From Desulfatiglandales bacterium (GTDB taxonomy: Bacteria; Desulfobacterota; DSM-4660; Desulfatiglandales; Desulfatiglandaceae): a DNA stretch of 64,000 nucleotides. The stretch is taken from assembly GCA_963662465.1 (NCBI GenBank), contig OY759599.1:6752001-6816000 (forward strand). Direction: 5' to 3'. This document shows, one piece after another, positions 28,714 to 38,300 of this stretch (position 1 is the stretch's first letter; the number at the start of each line of letters is the position of its first letter). The position numbers and the translations under genes were made by a program. The notes beneath the pieces were generated by a model, which was not told where the DNA came from, ran no database searches, and saw only the letters and a program-made list of their open reading frames with translations.

Positions 28714-30939
28714 GTCGAGTAGCCAGGGGATGTTGCCATCCCCCAGCCCTCTAAGAACCGTGCGTGCGCCGTTAAACGCACACGGCTCAAGCATTCCAAA
28801 GGCAAGCCCTTTCGGGGCTACCCGGTTGTGACGTTTTATGCTCTTTACGCCTGTCTGCCTTCTGCTGACTGCGTTGGGCATATCGTTTCCTGAAATAGTG
28901 TTCATATTTCGGATCGAAGGGGTTCGCATCCCCTCGAATTTTGACATGGCGTTTTATCTTGACGTCGTAAGCTTTCTCAAGTTCAATTCTAGCGGATTTC
29001 GCATAGCCGTCCTTGATCACCGCTGAAAAGGACCACGGACGAGATCCTTTTGACCAGTATTTATCCACCAGCCAACTCTTACTCTTGCCCGAATGTTTCC
29101 TCCTCATCCATTGCCAAATATAGCTGTAGATACGGTGATCTACAAGCCCGAAAGTTCTACCGGAAACCACATGCCTGTGGTAATTGGCCCATCCCCTGAT
29201 TTTGGGATTGAGCACTTTAATCAGGGTGTCGGCTCTTGATGCCGCATGCTTTCGGATCGTTTGCCGGATATTGCCTAAGAAGGCTTTCACGTTTTTACGA
29301 GAGGGCTTTATCAAGAGCTTCCCCTGGTATTTGCGTGGATTCTGTCCGAGAAAATCAAATCCTTCTTCTATCCTTGTGATCAACGTCTTTTCCGCTGAAA
29401 GCGAAAGTCCTCTTCGCTCCATAAATGCTTCAATTTCCAGCTTGATCTCATTTAGCATCTCTCTGGAATTCCCGGTGATGATGAAATCATCAGCGTAACG
29501 GATTACGTTTATCTTGGACCGTATATTGCCCTGGATTCTTATCGGGGCGGTACTTTTGGCTGCCGCTTCCAGACCATCCAGGACCATATTAGCCAATGTT
29601 GGAGAGATAATCCCGCCTTGCGGGGTTCCTCTGTAAGTCGGATAGAGCTTGCCTCCTTCCACATAACCGGATTTCAGCCATTTCTGAAGCGTCCGTTTAT
29701 CCATGGGGATATTTTCGAGCATCCATTGATGGCTGATTTCGTCAAAACAGGCCTTTATGTCTCCCTCCAAAATCCATGCGGGTGAGTAGCTCTTGGCCAG
29801 AGAAATAAAACAATGACCGATGGCATCCGCACATCCTCGATAGGCTCTGAACCCATAAGAGTTCGGATCGGCGGTGGTTTCCGCCACCGGATCAAGGGCC
29901 AGTTTGTGCAACGCCTGCATGGCTCTGTCTTTCATGGTGGGAATGCCCAATGGGCGTTTCTTGCCGTTTTTCTTGGGTATGTAAATTCGGCGCAGCGGTT
30001 TGGGTCGGTAAGTTCTTCGGTGCAGGTCTTTTGCCGCCTGCATTTTGTCAATGTGGGTGGACCATATAACTTTATCCACTCCCGGCGTGCGTTTACCTCG
30101 GTTGGAAGTAACGCGCTTGATGGCCAACAACTTGGCATAAAACGAATGGGTCAAAAGCCATTGTATTGCCTTAACCTTTCCCCATCGCTTTTCCTTCACA
30201 GCCTTTGCGATACGCACCTGCAGTCTTCTAACGTGCTCGCCGGCGGTTCTCCAGTTTATGGATTTCCACCAGTTTGTTCCGTCCAAAGGTGCACCAGTCG
30301 CCAAAATGGCCACCGTCATTTGCTTTCCCCTGTTTGAAGATTCTACAAATTATCTCGCAATGGAACACCGGTCAGAAGTCTGCTCTCTTTCGAGCCGGAT
30401 CATGTAGGTGATTACACCGTCAATCCGTATCCCCATCATTACAACGGGGCATTTGCTTTTTTCTGACATCCTTTACCCGCAACCCCATGGGCTCACCTTG
30501 CGGTTCGCTTTCCCCGTGGGGAGGATTACGGGCTTACCATGTTCCGCGTAAGTACCCGAGCAGGTTAGGTTCCGCCCGTACGCCGGTGGCACGACATCCG
30601 CGATGGAGGAGTTCGCAGCCCCCATACCTGGCCACATACCGTTTGGTCCAAGCCTTTCAGCATCTTAGGCTTGTTCTCGTGACGACGCTGCAGCGATTCA
30701 CATGTGTTAACCATACTGCTCAATTCTAGCTCCCTTACCGCATGATGCTTGCAGAGTTGAGGTCTCCTCACGGTTCCCTCTCCCGGAAGATTCCGCGGGC
30801 TTCATTGTCCCGAGAGCTTCACACCCCCGGATTACTCCGGACGCATGTCCCGGTAGAATACCTGTTGCAGAAAACAGGGTTTTGTTATATGGTTTATATC
30901 AATATACAAAACAGCTACTTACGCGACATCACGTCGCAC
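28714..30939 (-). mobile_element. Complete group II intron (IIB, chloroplast-like RT lineage) inserted in attC R', same sense as the cassettes
   Basis: 5' GTGCG; DV GAGCCGTGTGCG...CACGCACGGTTC; 3' CTACTCGAC; EBS1 GCGAAC (30611-30616); EBS2 ACAAGC (30669-30674). Confidence 0.93.
28787..30319 (-). CDS. ltrA: Group II intron reverse transcriptase/maturase, no HNH endonuclease domain
   Basis: INW...VRRLQVRIAKA N-terminus; RPLGIPT; GTPQGGIISP; YADD. Confidence 0.95.
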   Translation of the reverse strand: MTVAILATGAPLDGTNWWKSINWRTAGEHVRRLQVRIAKAVKEKRWGKVKAIQWLLTHSFYAKLLAIKRVTSNRGKRTPGVDKVIWSTHIDKMQAAKDLHRRTYRPKPLRRIYIPKKNGKKRPLGIPTMKDRAMQALHKLALDPVAETTADPNSYGFRAYRGCADAIGHCFISLAKSYSPAWILEGDIKACFDEISHQWMLENIPMDKRTLQKWLKSGYVEGGKLYPTYRGTPQGGIISPTLANMVLDGLEAAAKSTAPIRIQGNIRSKINVIRYADDFIITGNSREMLNEIKLEIEAFMERRGLSLSAEKTLITRIEEGFDFLGQNPRKYQGKLLIKPSRKNVKAFLGNIRQTIRKHAASRADTLIKVLNPKIRGWANYHRHVVSGRTFGLVDHRIYSYIWQWMRRKHSGKSKSWLVDKYWSKGSRPWSFSAVIKDGYAKSARIELEKAYDVKIKRHVKIRGDANPFDPKYEHYFRKRYAQRSQQKADRRKEHKTSQPGSPERACLWNA

Positions 30940-31024
30940 GCGAACGACAAGCTCAGCGGCCCCTCCACCGGCCCCCGCCGGAACCGCCAGACTTCCAGGG
31001 GTCCGCTGAAGCGCCTGGTTCGCC
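30940..31024 (-). repeat. attC site (main family); intron inserted after GTTCGC
   Basis: GGCGAAC-CAGGCGCTTCAGCGGACCCC...GGGGCCGCTGAGCTTGTC-GTTCGC. Confidence 0.92.
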
Positions 31025-31045
31025 AACCCCGGTTTTCTTAAAAGT

Positions 31046-31258
31046 TCAGCCAGTTGCAGCAATTTTTTCAGACTGTTCATCTAAAGCTCTGAGCGTTTCT
31101 TGGATAGCTATTACTTCCGTCTCATCAAAATAGGTCTCACCGCATTGGCTGCATACCCAAGCAGGAATTCTATCCATAGTGAGATGGTATCCCTTCCGAT
31201 CAACATGAAAAGGAGCAATGCCTTTTTCCATCTTTCCTTGACAGTAAATGCAGTTCAT
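31046..31258 (-). CDS. YgiT-type zinc finger (MqsA-like) antitoxin
   Basis: MNCIYCQG...IPAWVCSQCGE. Confidence 0.85.
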   Translation of the reverse strand: MNCIYCQGKMEKGIAPFHVDRKGYHLTMDRIPAWVCSQCGETYFDETEVIAIQETLRALDEQSEKIAATG

Positions 31259-31584
31259 GATCGTTTCCTCTTTTTGAAATCTGATTCCCATTCGCGGGGA
31301 TTGGGAATATACGCTGTAATGATGGCCAGGTAATCAGTTTTAGGCGAGCAAACGATGTGTATTGAGCGACCGTCTACACCCTGCCCCAAAATCAGGCAGC
31401 TATGCCCTCGCGAATCCCCCGGATAATCCTCAACCAATTCACCTTGCTCCACTGCCTTTCTAACATCAAGGGGACTTATCATTCTGTCCGGTCTGGACAT
31501 CTGCCGCACAGCATGCGGGAGGTAAATGATCCTCTTCCCCGCACTCTCTCGGGCTGACTTTATGGTATCAGAAACTTCATTCAT
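31255..31584 (-). CDS. DUF4258 putative toxin
   Basis: PHAVRQM, VEDYP, SCLILG, IHIVC, ITAYIP..W. Confidence 0.85.
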   Translation of the reverse strand: MNEVSDTIKSARESAGKRIIYLPHAVRQMSRPDRMISPLDVRKAVEQGELVEDYPGDSRGHSCLILGQGVDGRSIHIVCSPKTDYLAIITAYIPNPREWESDFKKRKRS

Positions 31585-31751
31585 AACAGACTCTCAAGAA
31601 ATTAGTGGCGCGAGATAAAATCTGGATCCAGTTTTCCAATTTTGATATTAAATTGGGCATCCCAATCCTTCTGAGTATAGACTTAAACGTATGCCATTGG
31701 GCGATAATGAAGGATGAAAGGATGCAATAATGTCAGCACGCACCATGCTTC

Positions 31752-33665
31752 TCATTTCAATCCTGCTTTGTGAAGACCCACTGTTAACTGTTTCCGGATA
31801 GCCTCATCTTTATAAGATGCAACAAGATGGCTGATACACGCGAAAGAAAAATCTGGATTTATTTCTATCACTTTCGACACTTCAAAACGAGTGCCGTCTT
31901 CGTCTCCCAAAATCGCATAAACAAAAGCAAGAAATATGTGACCATATAAAAATTTTGGTGCAATTTGAATTGCACTTTCAAACGCAGAAATCGCTTCATC
32001 ATACCTGCCGAGTCTCGTATAAGCCCTTCCAAGAACGGTAAAATACCAGGGAGGAGGTAAAGGATTTAATCGAAGTGCTTTTTTCAGTGATGTTAGTGCT
32101 TCATTAAATTGGCCAATTTTGAATAGATAATAGCACCGAATTACGTAAATGTCCGGCCAATTGGGATCCATTTTGATGGCCTTATCGAACTGTTCTAAAG
32201 CTTTCTCATCCTTTCCCACAAAAGTATAAACAGCGCCCATTGTTTCGTGAGCAAAAGGACAGGAGTTATTTACGGTTAGAGCTTTTTGGGCGAGTTCAAA
32301 TGCTTTTCCGATTGATTCCTTCGGAGTTTTACTCACGCACATTCCCACTTCGGCCAAATAGCCCCAAGCGAGATAGGCATATGCTGCCCCATAGTTTGGA
32401 TCTAGTTCGATGGCTTCCTGGCATTTTTGCATGGATAATTTGTTTCCCTCCACATCCCCCTGCCAACCGTAATACATAGCCTCAATGAACTTTAAATAAG
32501 CACCAACATTATTTGTTCCTCTCGCGCAAGGACCTACACCGATGCCACCAATTATCTTGATATGAAGAGATTGCGATATTTTTAATGCAATTTCATCTTG
32601 TAGGTCGAATATATCGTTAATATTGCGGTCATAAGTCTCCGCCCAAAGATGATTGCCATTCTTAGTATCAATGAACTGGGCCGTCACACGTATCCGATCC
32701 CCAGATTTCTGAATGCTTCCTTCAAGTACATAATGAACATTTAGTTGCTGTCCCAATTCTTTAATATTTACGGGCTTGCCCTTAAAGGTAAAGGTCGTGT
32801 TACGGGCGGTAACGGAAAGGTCTGGAATTTTGGCAAGTACAGTAATGATATGCTCTGTGAAACCATCGCAAAGATATTGTTGTTTTGGATCGCCAACCAT
32901 ATTGGTGAAAGGCAGAACAGCGATAGAATTCTTCTCAGACATTGGGTTCAGCGGTTTTTTCGCCGAATCAGACGAAATGCTTTTGAGGGGTGATTTAGCG
33001 TCTGTTGGAAGTGAGTTTTGGTTTGGATAAAGACGCCAAAATGCAAGAGCAGCTCCGAGGATTACAAGAACAACCATCACCACGACTTTTTTTCTCCCCA
33101 ATTTCAATTTTCTTTCCGGTTCTGCAGCATCCTCGTGATCTAAGGATATCTTGTAAACCTTTATCGGTTTAGCGATATTCTTTACTGTGTGCTTACCAAT
33201 AAAATGAAATCCTAATTCCAACTTGTTTTCGATTTGCTCATAACCGCTTCCAGAAATACAGATTCCACCACCATCAGCCAATGATTCGATCCTAGCAGCA
33301 ATGTTTACTCCGTCACCGTAAATGCGATCAGCATCTTGAATAACATCGCCAAGGTTTATGCCCATTCTGAAAATCATCCTGCGATTTTCAGGCAGTTCCT
33401 CATTCTTGTCCTTCAGAGCTTTCTGGATTTCAACCGCACACTGGACAGCATCCACTACACTGGCGAATTCAGAAAGAATATTGTCACCGGGAGAATCCAC
33501 CACACGCCCGCTGTGCCTTTGGACGATTGCAGAGAAAATTTCGCGGTATTCAGTAATGGTTTTGACCGTGGCAATCTCATCGTCGCCCATGAGGCGACTA
33601 TAGCCTTGAACATCTGCGCTAAGTATGGCTCTGAGTTTTCTTACAACTCTATTTGGTTCCATCAC
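31752..33665 (-). CDS. Class III adenylate/guanylate cyclase with TolB-like N-terminal and TPR domains
   Basis: ADVQGYSRLM, GDNIL, GDGVNIAAR; TM helix; SIAVLPFTNM; TPR repeats. Confidence 0.92.
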   Translation of the reverse strand: MMEPNRVVRKLRAILSADVQGYSRLMGDDEIATVKTITEYREIFSAIVQRHSGRVVDSPGDNILSEFASVVDAVQCAVEIQKALKDKNEELPENRRMIFRMGINLGDVIQDADRIYGDGVNIAARIESLADGGGICISGSGYEQIENKLELGFHFIGKHTVKNIAKPIKVYKISLDHEDAAEPERKLKLGRKKVVVMVVLVILGAALAFWRLYPNQNSLPTDAKSPLKSISSDSAKKPLNPMSEKNSIAVLPFTNMVGDPKQQYLCDGFTEHIITVLAKIPDLSVTARNTTFTFKGKPVNIKELGQQLNVHYVLEGSIQKSGDRIRVTAQFIDTKNGNHLWAETYDRNINDIFDLQDEIALKISQSLHIKIIGGIGVGPCARGTNNVGAYLKFIEAMYYGWQGDVEGNKLSMQKCQEAIELDPNYGAAYAYLAWGYLAEVGMCVSKTPKESIGKAFELAQKALTVNNSCPFAHETMGAVYTFVGKDEKALEQFDKAIKMDPNWPDIYVIRCYYLFKIGQFNEALTSLKKALRLNPLPPPWYFTVLGRAYTRLGRYDEAISAFESAIQIAPKFLYGHIFLAFVYAILGDEDGTRFEVSKVIEINPDFSFACISHLVASYKDEAIRKQLTVGLHKAGLK

Positions 33666-33794
33666 CGGCCTCCAAGATAATTGAGACTGAAAAAAAGACT
33701 ATGAGCAGGGCTGTACATATGGATTGTATCTATAATACGAAACGAATCTATAAATGCCAAATACCAAATTTGGGGGTTCTACGTCTTTGAAGGC

Positions 33795-35918
33795 TCTCAC
33801 GGTAGGAACGCCGGTCACCCAGCGCCCCCCGCACAGTCCCGGACGTGCGGTTTTCCCGCATCCGGTTCCTCGGTTGTACTCGCTTTCGCGCAAAGCATCA
33901 GCATTAGCAAAACACCTTTCGTGGCCGGGGTGCCGTCGGTAGCTTCGGTTTGGCGATCCCCAGGCGATTTATGGCCCGGTTGAAAGCCTTCCAGGTGAAA
34001 CTTCTCCGCTTACCCCCTCTTCGGTTCAGCCACTTAAACGCACAATCACTCGCCCATCGGTAAAAACGCCATAACGAATTGGCGTTCCCCACCACGCTGT
34101 AATAGTTGTAATGTCCGCGCAGTTTGCGGTTGAGCGTCTTTATGAACGCAATCCCCTTCAAATGTCGGTTTTCCTTCACCCATTCCTTGATGCGCCTGCA
34201 GGCACCCTGCAGCTTTTTACGGCCGGTGCGCTGCATGACTCTCACCTTTCCCTGTTTGTCATAGGTCCAGTAGGTCTCAAAACCCAAAAAGACAATCCGC
34301 CTGCGCATGCTCGGATCAAAACGACTGAATCGCATCATGGCGGTTTTATCAGGCGCTACACTGAGGCCAAACTTCAAAAGCCTTTCGGGCAGCACGTGGA
34401 AAAACCCTTTTGCCTCTTTTTTGTACTGAAAAGCACAGACAAAATCATCTGCGTACCGAATGATCATGGCGGCCCCTTTACAGTGGGGCTTCACCACCTT
34501 TTCAAACCATAAGTCAAGGGCAAAATGCAGGTAGACATTGGCCAAAACCGGCGATACAATCCCCCCTTGGGGAGTACCGCTGTCCGGATGGATAATTTTG
34601 CCATCCGTATCCAGAATGCCGGCTTTAAGCCATTTTTGGATCAGATTTAAAAACGGCGCATCATCAACTCTTTCCATGAGCATTCGCATCAGCCAATCAT
34701 GGTCCATATGGTCGAAAAAGCCTTTGATATCGGCCTCGACGACATATCCATATGATCCAAACTGAAGTTCAAAACGCAAATCATTGACAGCGTCTTTTGC
34801 GCTTCGGTTGGGCCTGTAACCATAGCTGACATTCAGAAAGTCAGCTTCGAATATGGCTGTCAGGAGTTTGGCACATGCCAATTGCACCAACCGGTCTTCA
34901 AGGGCCGGAATGCCCAAGGGGCGTTGTTTGCCGTTTTCTTTGGGGATGTAACTTCTGCGTACCAGTTTGGCACGGTAACGTCTGGTTTTCAATCGCTCCG
35001 CCAATGACGCGATATTGGCCTCAAGATTTCCTTCGTAGGCCTCGGCCGTCACTTTGTCCACACCACTGGCTGCATCCTTATTCAGGTCTTTCCAGCAGGC
35101 ACGGAGAAACGGCGCGTTCAGACACCGGTAAAGGTCTTGAAAGCGGTGTTTTCCATCAACTTTTGCCTTAATGGCTATTCCCTGCAGTGAGGTTGGCTCG
35201 TATTGTTCCAGCCCTACATTGTCCGGTGCGAGTTTCCTTTGCAGACTGCGTACTTCCGTCAGGTCCTTCCCCATGTGGTGGGCTTTCCCCACCGCTGAGT
35301 AGTATGCCTGATAAGACACCCCATTGGCGTATAGAGGGCCATCGGAGGTCCGATTTTCCTCCCACCCGGTTGTTCCTTTCAGCATTTCGGCTGTGTAGTG
35401 AACCACTGTTACTTTACCTCACCGTCAGTGTGAAATAAACTCCCTGGAGCCTTTGGGGCTTCCCGAGTTCTACGGCGCATCTCTTCCTGCATGCCACGGC
35501 CTGAGGACTCCGGCGGACCTCCACATCCTCGCCATAAACGGATGCTTCCGTGTTGCCTTCGGTGAACGTTCAAACCCTCGGCGTCCGCAATTGCTATTTC
35601 GAAGCTGTACCAGCACTTCAGGGTGCGCGATCACCCCTGCGGCCTACAGGATACTCTGCCTACGCTTAACCCATCTTGTTCGCTGCTTCCACCGTTAGGT
35701 GGGGTGAGTCCATCCGCCTATTTGCTCATCCCTGAGCGCGGCTCGTTTCCAACCAGCATATGAATGCCGATGTCCTACACCTGACAGACTGAACAACTCC
35801 GCCATGGGTCCAAGGCTCGATACGGGTGGGTGGCTAACCCTTACAGAAAGCCATTACTGATTTTCCTCCCGACAGGGACTTTCACCCTGCAAGATACGCC
35901 GAGCTTTCCTCGGCGCGA
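33795..35918 (-). mobile_element. Complete group II intron (bacterial class E-like RT) inserted in attC R' after GTTC; non-canonical termini
   Basis: Starts TCGCGCCGAGG; EBS1 GAACGTT (35565-35571) matches the exon AACGTTC; DV GAACCGGATGCGGGAAAACCGCACGTCCGG; ends CCTACCGTGAG(A); 3' boundary uncertain by 1 nt. Confidence 0.88.
33904..35406 (-). CDS. ltrA: Group II intron reverse transcriptase/maturase, no endonuclease domain; true start probably near 35200
   Basis: TSLQGIA.KA, RFQDLY, RPLGIPALED, GTPQGG, YADD. Confidence 0.93.
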   Translation of the reverse strand: MVHYTAEMLKGTTGWEENRTSDGPLYANGVSYQAYYSAVGKAHHMGKDLTEVRSLQRKLAPDNVGLEQYEPTSLQGIAIKAKVDGKHRFQDLYRCLNAPFLRACWKDLNKDAASGVDKVTAEAYEGNLEANIASLAERLKTRRYRAKLVRRSYIPKENGKQRPLGIPALEDRLVQLACAKLLTAIFEADFLNVSYGYRPNRSAKDAVNDLRFELQFGSYGYVVEADIKGFFDHMDHDWLMRMLMERVDDAPFLNLIQKWLKAGILDTDGKIIHPDSGTPQGGIVSPVLANVYLHFALDLWFEKVVKPHCKGAAMIIRYADDFVCAFQYKKEAKGFFHVLPERLLKFGLSVAPDKTAMMRFSRFDPSMRRRIVFLGFETYWTYDKQGKVRVMQRTGRKKLQGACRRIKEWVKENRHLKGIAFIKTLNRKLRGHYNYYSVVGNANSLWRFYRWASDCAFKWLNRRGGKRRSFTWKAFNRAINRLGIAKPKLPTAPRPRKVFC

Positions 35919-36047
35919 GAACGTTTTAGTTAACAGGCGAACGGGCAAGAAAGAAATATGCGACCAATCCACCCGGAAGCGTGATACGGAAAAATCAATT
36001 TCAATTTGCTCCAATGACCAGTTTGCCTGTTCAACGGCTGGTTGGAC
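35919..36047 (-). repeat. attC site of the IS91-like cassette (copy 2)
   Basis: GTCCAAC-CAGCCGTTGAACAGGCAAAC...GTTCGCCTGTTAACTAAAAC-GTTC. Confidence 0.87.
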
Positions 36048-36307
36048 AGACCCGCGGGTCACACGCACATAGGTTAATGGGAGCAGAATCGCCGCTATGG
36101 AGATTAAACGATCTTTGCAGCTACCGCATGACTTCTTTTTGACCCATCATTCCGGTCTAAGCCAGTTAAAAATGATAAAATTTCTTTTTTTGATCGCATG
36201 GTCCCGCTAAAAATGCCAAAATATCGTGTTATTAGGCAGTTTACCAAACACCTCGACATCAAAAACCTTTCACTCGACTAAAGACCTTTCGACTGCGCAT
36301 GCTTAAT

Positions 36308-37483
36308 CTATGCTGCTTGGGCATGTATCATGTCCTGGACTTTATTGAACCTCGGAAGCTCTCTTAACTTTTTGACCGGCGTCAATATTTCCAGAGTTAT
36401 GAGGCGTTTCCCGCAAACAGGGCAACAATCCGGTCGCTCGTCGCTTCGCTGTTGCCAGAGACTCTGCCAATCCAGGAATTCCAGACTTTCAAGAGGCGGT
36501 TGACCCAGTATTTCCCGGCAGAGTGCCAGTTCTTCTTTTGAGCTGTGATGATAGAGTCCGTATGAACGCACCATCACGGTATTCGCTAGGGGGACGTGTT
36601 GCAGATAGCGGCTGATAAAGGTTTGAATCGGCAGGGAGATGAGTTCCACCTTCTCACGACCGTAATTGAAGGTCACGTTCCCGTTTTCAATGCTGTAGAT
36701 GCGTTTGTTTGAAATTGGCCCGCCTCTCAAGTAACGCGCCAGGTAAATCAACACGCCTTCGCCGTATGAATAGGTCTCTTTGAGCTTGACGTTCCATTTT
36801 TTGCGGCGGCCCAGTTTATTGAAGAGGTTCCGGGCCTGCTGAGGCCCCATACCCTCGGGCAGAACCAGTTCGTTCCGATCCAGGGCTTTTCTCAAATAGT
36901 AGAGGTACTTGCCTCGAAATACCGCCCGGACGATGCCAAAGGGCAAAAGGAATTTTTTTGATGAAGCGATCCACTCGCCGGCGATCAGCCCACCGGCCGT
37001 TACCAGACAATGCAGATGCGGATGAAAGTCCAGTTTTCGGCTCCAGGTATGCAGTGAGGCGATGATGCCGACTTTGCCCCCCAAATGCTTCGGATCTCCA
37101 AGGAGTTCGGAAAGGGTTTCAGTGGCGCTTTTGAACAGCAGATTGCCCATAAGCTTGCGGTTCAACCGCCATAAGTCGTGCAATTCATCGGAGATGGTGA
37201 AAATAACATGGAAATGTTCGGTGTTTAAGATGCGAGCCTTTTGTTTTGCCAGCCAACGTTCCACCTGGGTAAAAGCGCAGAGGGGGCACATGCGATGTTT
37301 ACACGAGTTGTACCAGTGCATTTTGAAGTGACCGTCCGGGCACGCCTGCACGTGACCCCCCAGAGCAGATGTGCGGCAACTCATCAGACGGTGTGCCGCT
37401 TCACGAATATGTTCCGGAAGAAGATGGGTCTGATCATAGAGGGCATAGCCTATAAGAAAGATGCTCTGAATCGTCGCTTCCAC
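36308..37483 (-). CDS. IS91-family (Y2/HUH) transposase with Zn-binding N-terminus, as a gene cassette
   Basis: CRTSALGG, YNSCKHRMCPLC, HVIFT, HPHLH, YLARY. Confidence 0.9.
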   Translation of the reverse strand: MEATIQSIFLIGYALYDQTHLLPEHIREAAHRLMSCRTSALGGHVQACPDGHFKMHWYNSCKHRMCPLCAFTQVERWLAKQKARILNTEHFHVIFTISDELHDLWRLNRKLMGNLLFKSATETLSELLGDPKHLGGKVGIIASLHTWSRKLDFHPHLHCLVTAGGLIAGEWIASSKKFLLPFGIVRAVFRGKYLYYLRKALDRNELVLPEGMGPQQARNLFNKLGRRKKWNVKLKETYSYGEGVLIYLARYLRGGPISNKRIYSIENGNVTFNYGREKVELISLPIQTFISRYLQHVPLANTVMVRSYGLYHHSSKEELALCREILGQPPLESLEFLDWQSLWQQRSDERPDCCPVCGKRLITLEILTPVKKLRELPRFNKVQDMIHAQAA

Positions 37484-37543
37484 TGAAACCTCCTTTATTT
37501 ACTGGGAGTTACGACGTTAGTTCCCCCGCTGTCCAGCGGGTCT

Positions 37544-37629
37544 GTCCAACGACAAGCTCAGCGGCCCCTCCACCGCCCCCCGCCAGAACCGACAGATTTT
37601 CAGGGGTCCGCTGGAGCGTTTGGTTGTGT
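37544..37629 (-). repeat. attC site (main family)
   Basis: R'' ACACAAC, ...GCTGAGCTTGTC-GTTGGAC. Confidence 0.92.
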
Positions 37630-37631
37630 CA

Positions 37632-37850
37632 TCAGGAATGTGCTACAAGACGGAGTTCGTAAATTCGCCCGTATTTTGCTGCTAGAGCCAGATTCTTCTG
37701 GCGAAGCGCATCCCTAGCATCATCCAGTCTGTACGCATCTTCAAGGTGAATATAGGGCGACCAGCCTGTTTCATCTTCTAGCAAGTTAACTTCAACCTCG
37801 GCTACGTATTTGCCCTCATGGATATACTTTAATTTCTTCCGCTGTTTCAT
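37632..37850 (-). CDS. Small putative antitoxin
   Basis: MKQRKKLKYIHEGKYVAEVEV...; start abuts the DUF4258 stop codon. Confidence 0.72.
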   Translation of the reverse strand: MKQRKKLKYIHEGKYVAEVEVNLLEDETGWSPYIHLEDAYRLDDARDALRQKNLALAAKYGRIYELRLVAHS

Positions 37851-38188
37851 TATTTTCGCCTCCGGGTGAATGTGGCGTCCCAACGGTCGGGATCTGGGCG
37901 ATATGCAGTGACTAGAACCGCAGGTCTGGTTTGACGTTTGGGGACGCCCCATACTGTATGAATAGGCAGGCCTTTTAAATCCTTCTGTAAAAGCAGTGCG
38001 CACGGTCCCTTTGGATAGTTTGGGTATTCCTCAACTACCAAAGCATTTCGAACCCCTATGACAACCTCTTTTGCGGTGATGCCATCATCAGCTAGCTCAT
38101 CATAGCCGTGCTCAGATATTTGCACATCACCGGAAAGTATTAATGTGTTTAATTTGTAAATGAATTTAGACACTTGATAACTCATCAA
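37850..38188 (-). CDS. DUF4258 putative toxin
   Basis: ISEHGYDEL, VEEYP, PIHTVW, VTAYRPDP..W. Confidence 0.82.
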   Translation of the reverse strand: MMSYQVSKFIYKLNTLILSGDVQISEHGYDELADDGITAKEVVIGVRNALVVEEYPNYPKGPCALLLQKDLKGLPIHTVWGVPKRQTRPAVLVTAYRPDPDRWDATFTRRRK

Positions 38189-38300
38189 AACATATCAGTT
38201 TTTTGGCTCACAAAAAAATGCCCGCGTACCGACGTTCTTCACTGTATTAAAGAAGTTCTCATGCATTGCGCATGAGAACCTATAACGGAGCTGAATTCGT

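Noticed and set aside
28621..28947. N-terminal extension of the 1141-aa track ORF, and a second GTGCG right after the intron
   Set aside because: The extension runs through intron domains V/VI. The G of the second GTGCG is the 7th base of R' (GTTCGCG), and no intron structure follows.
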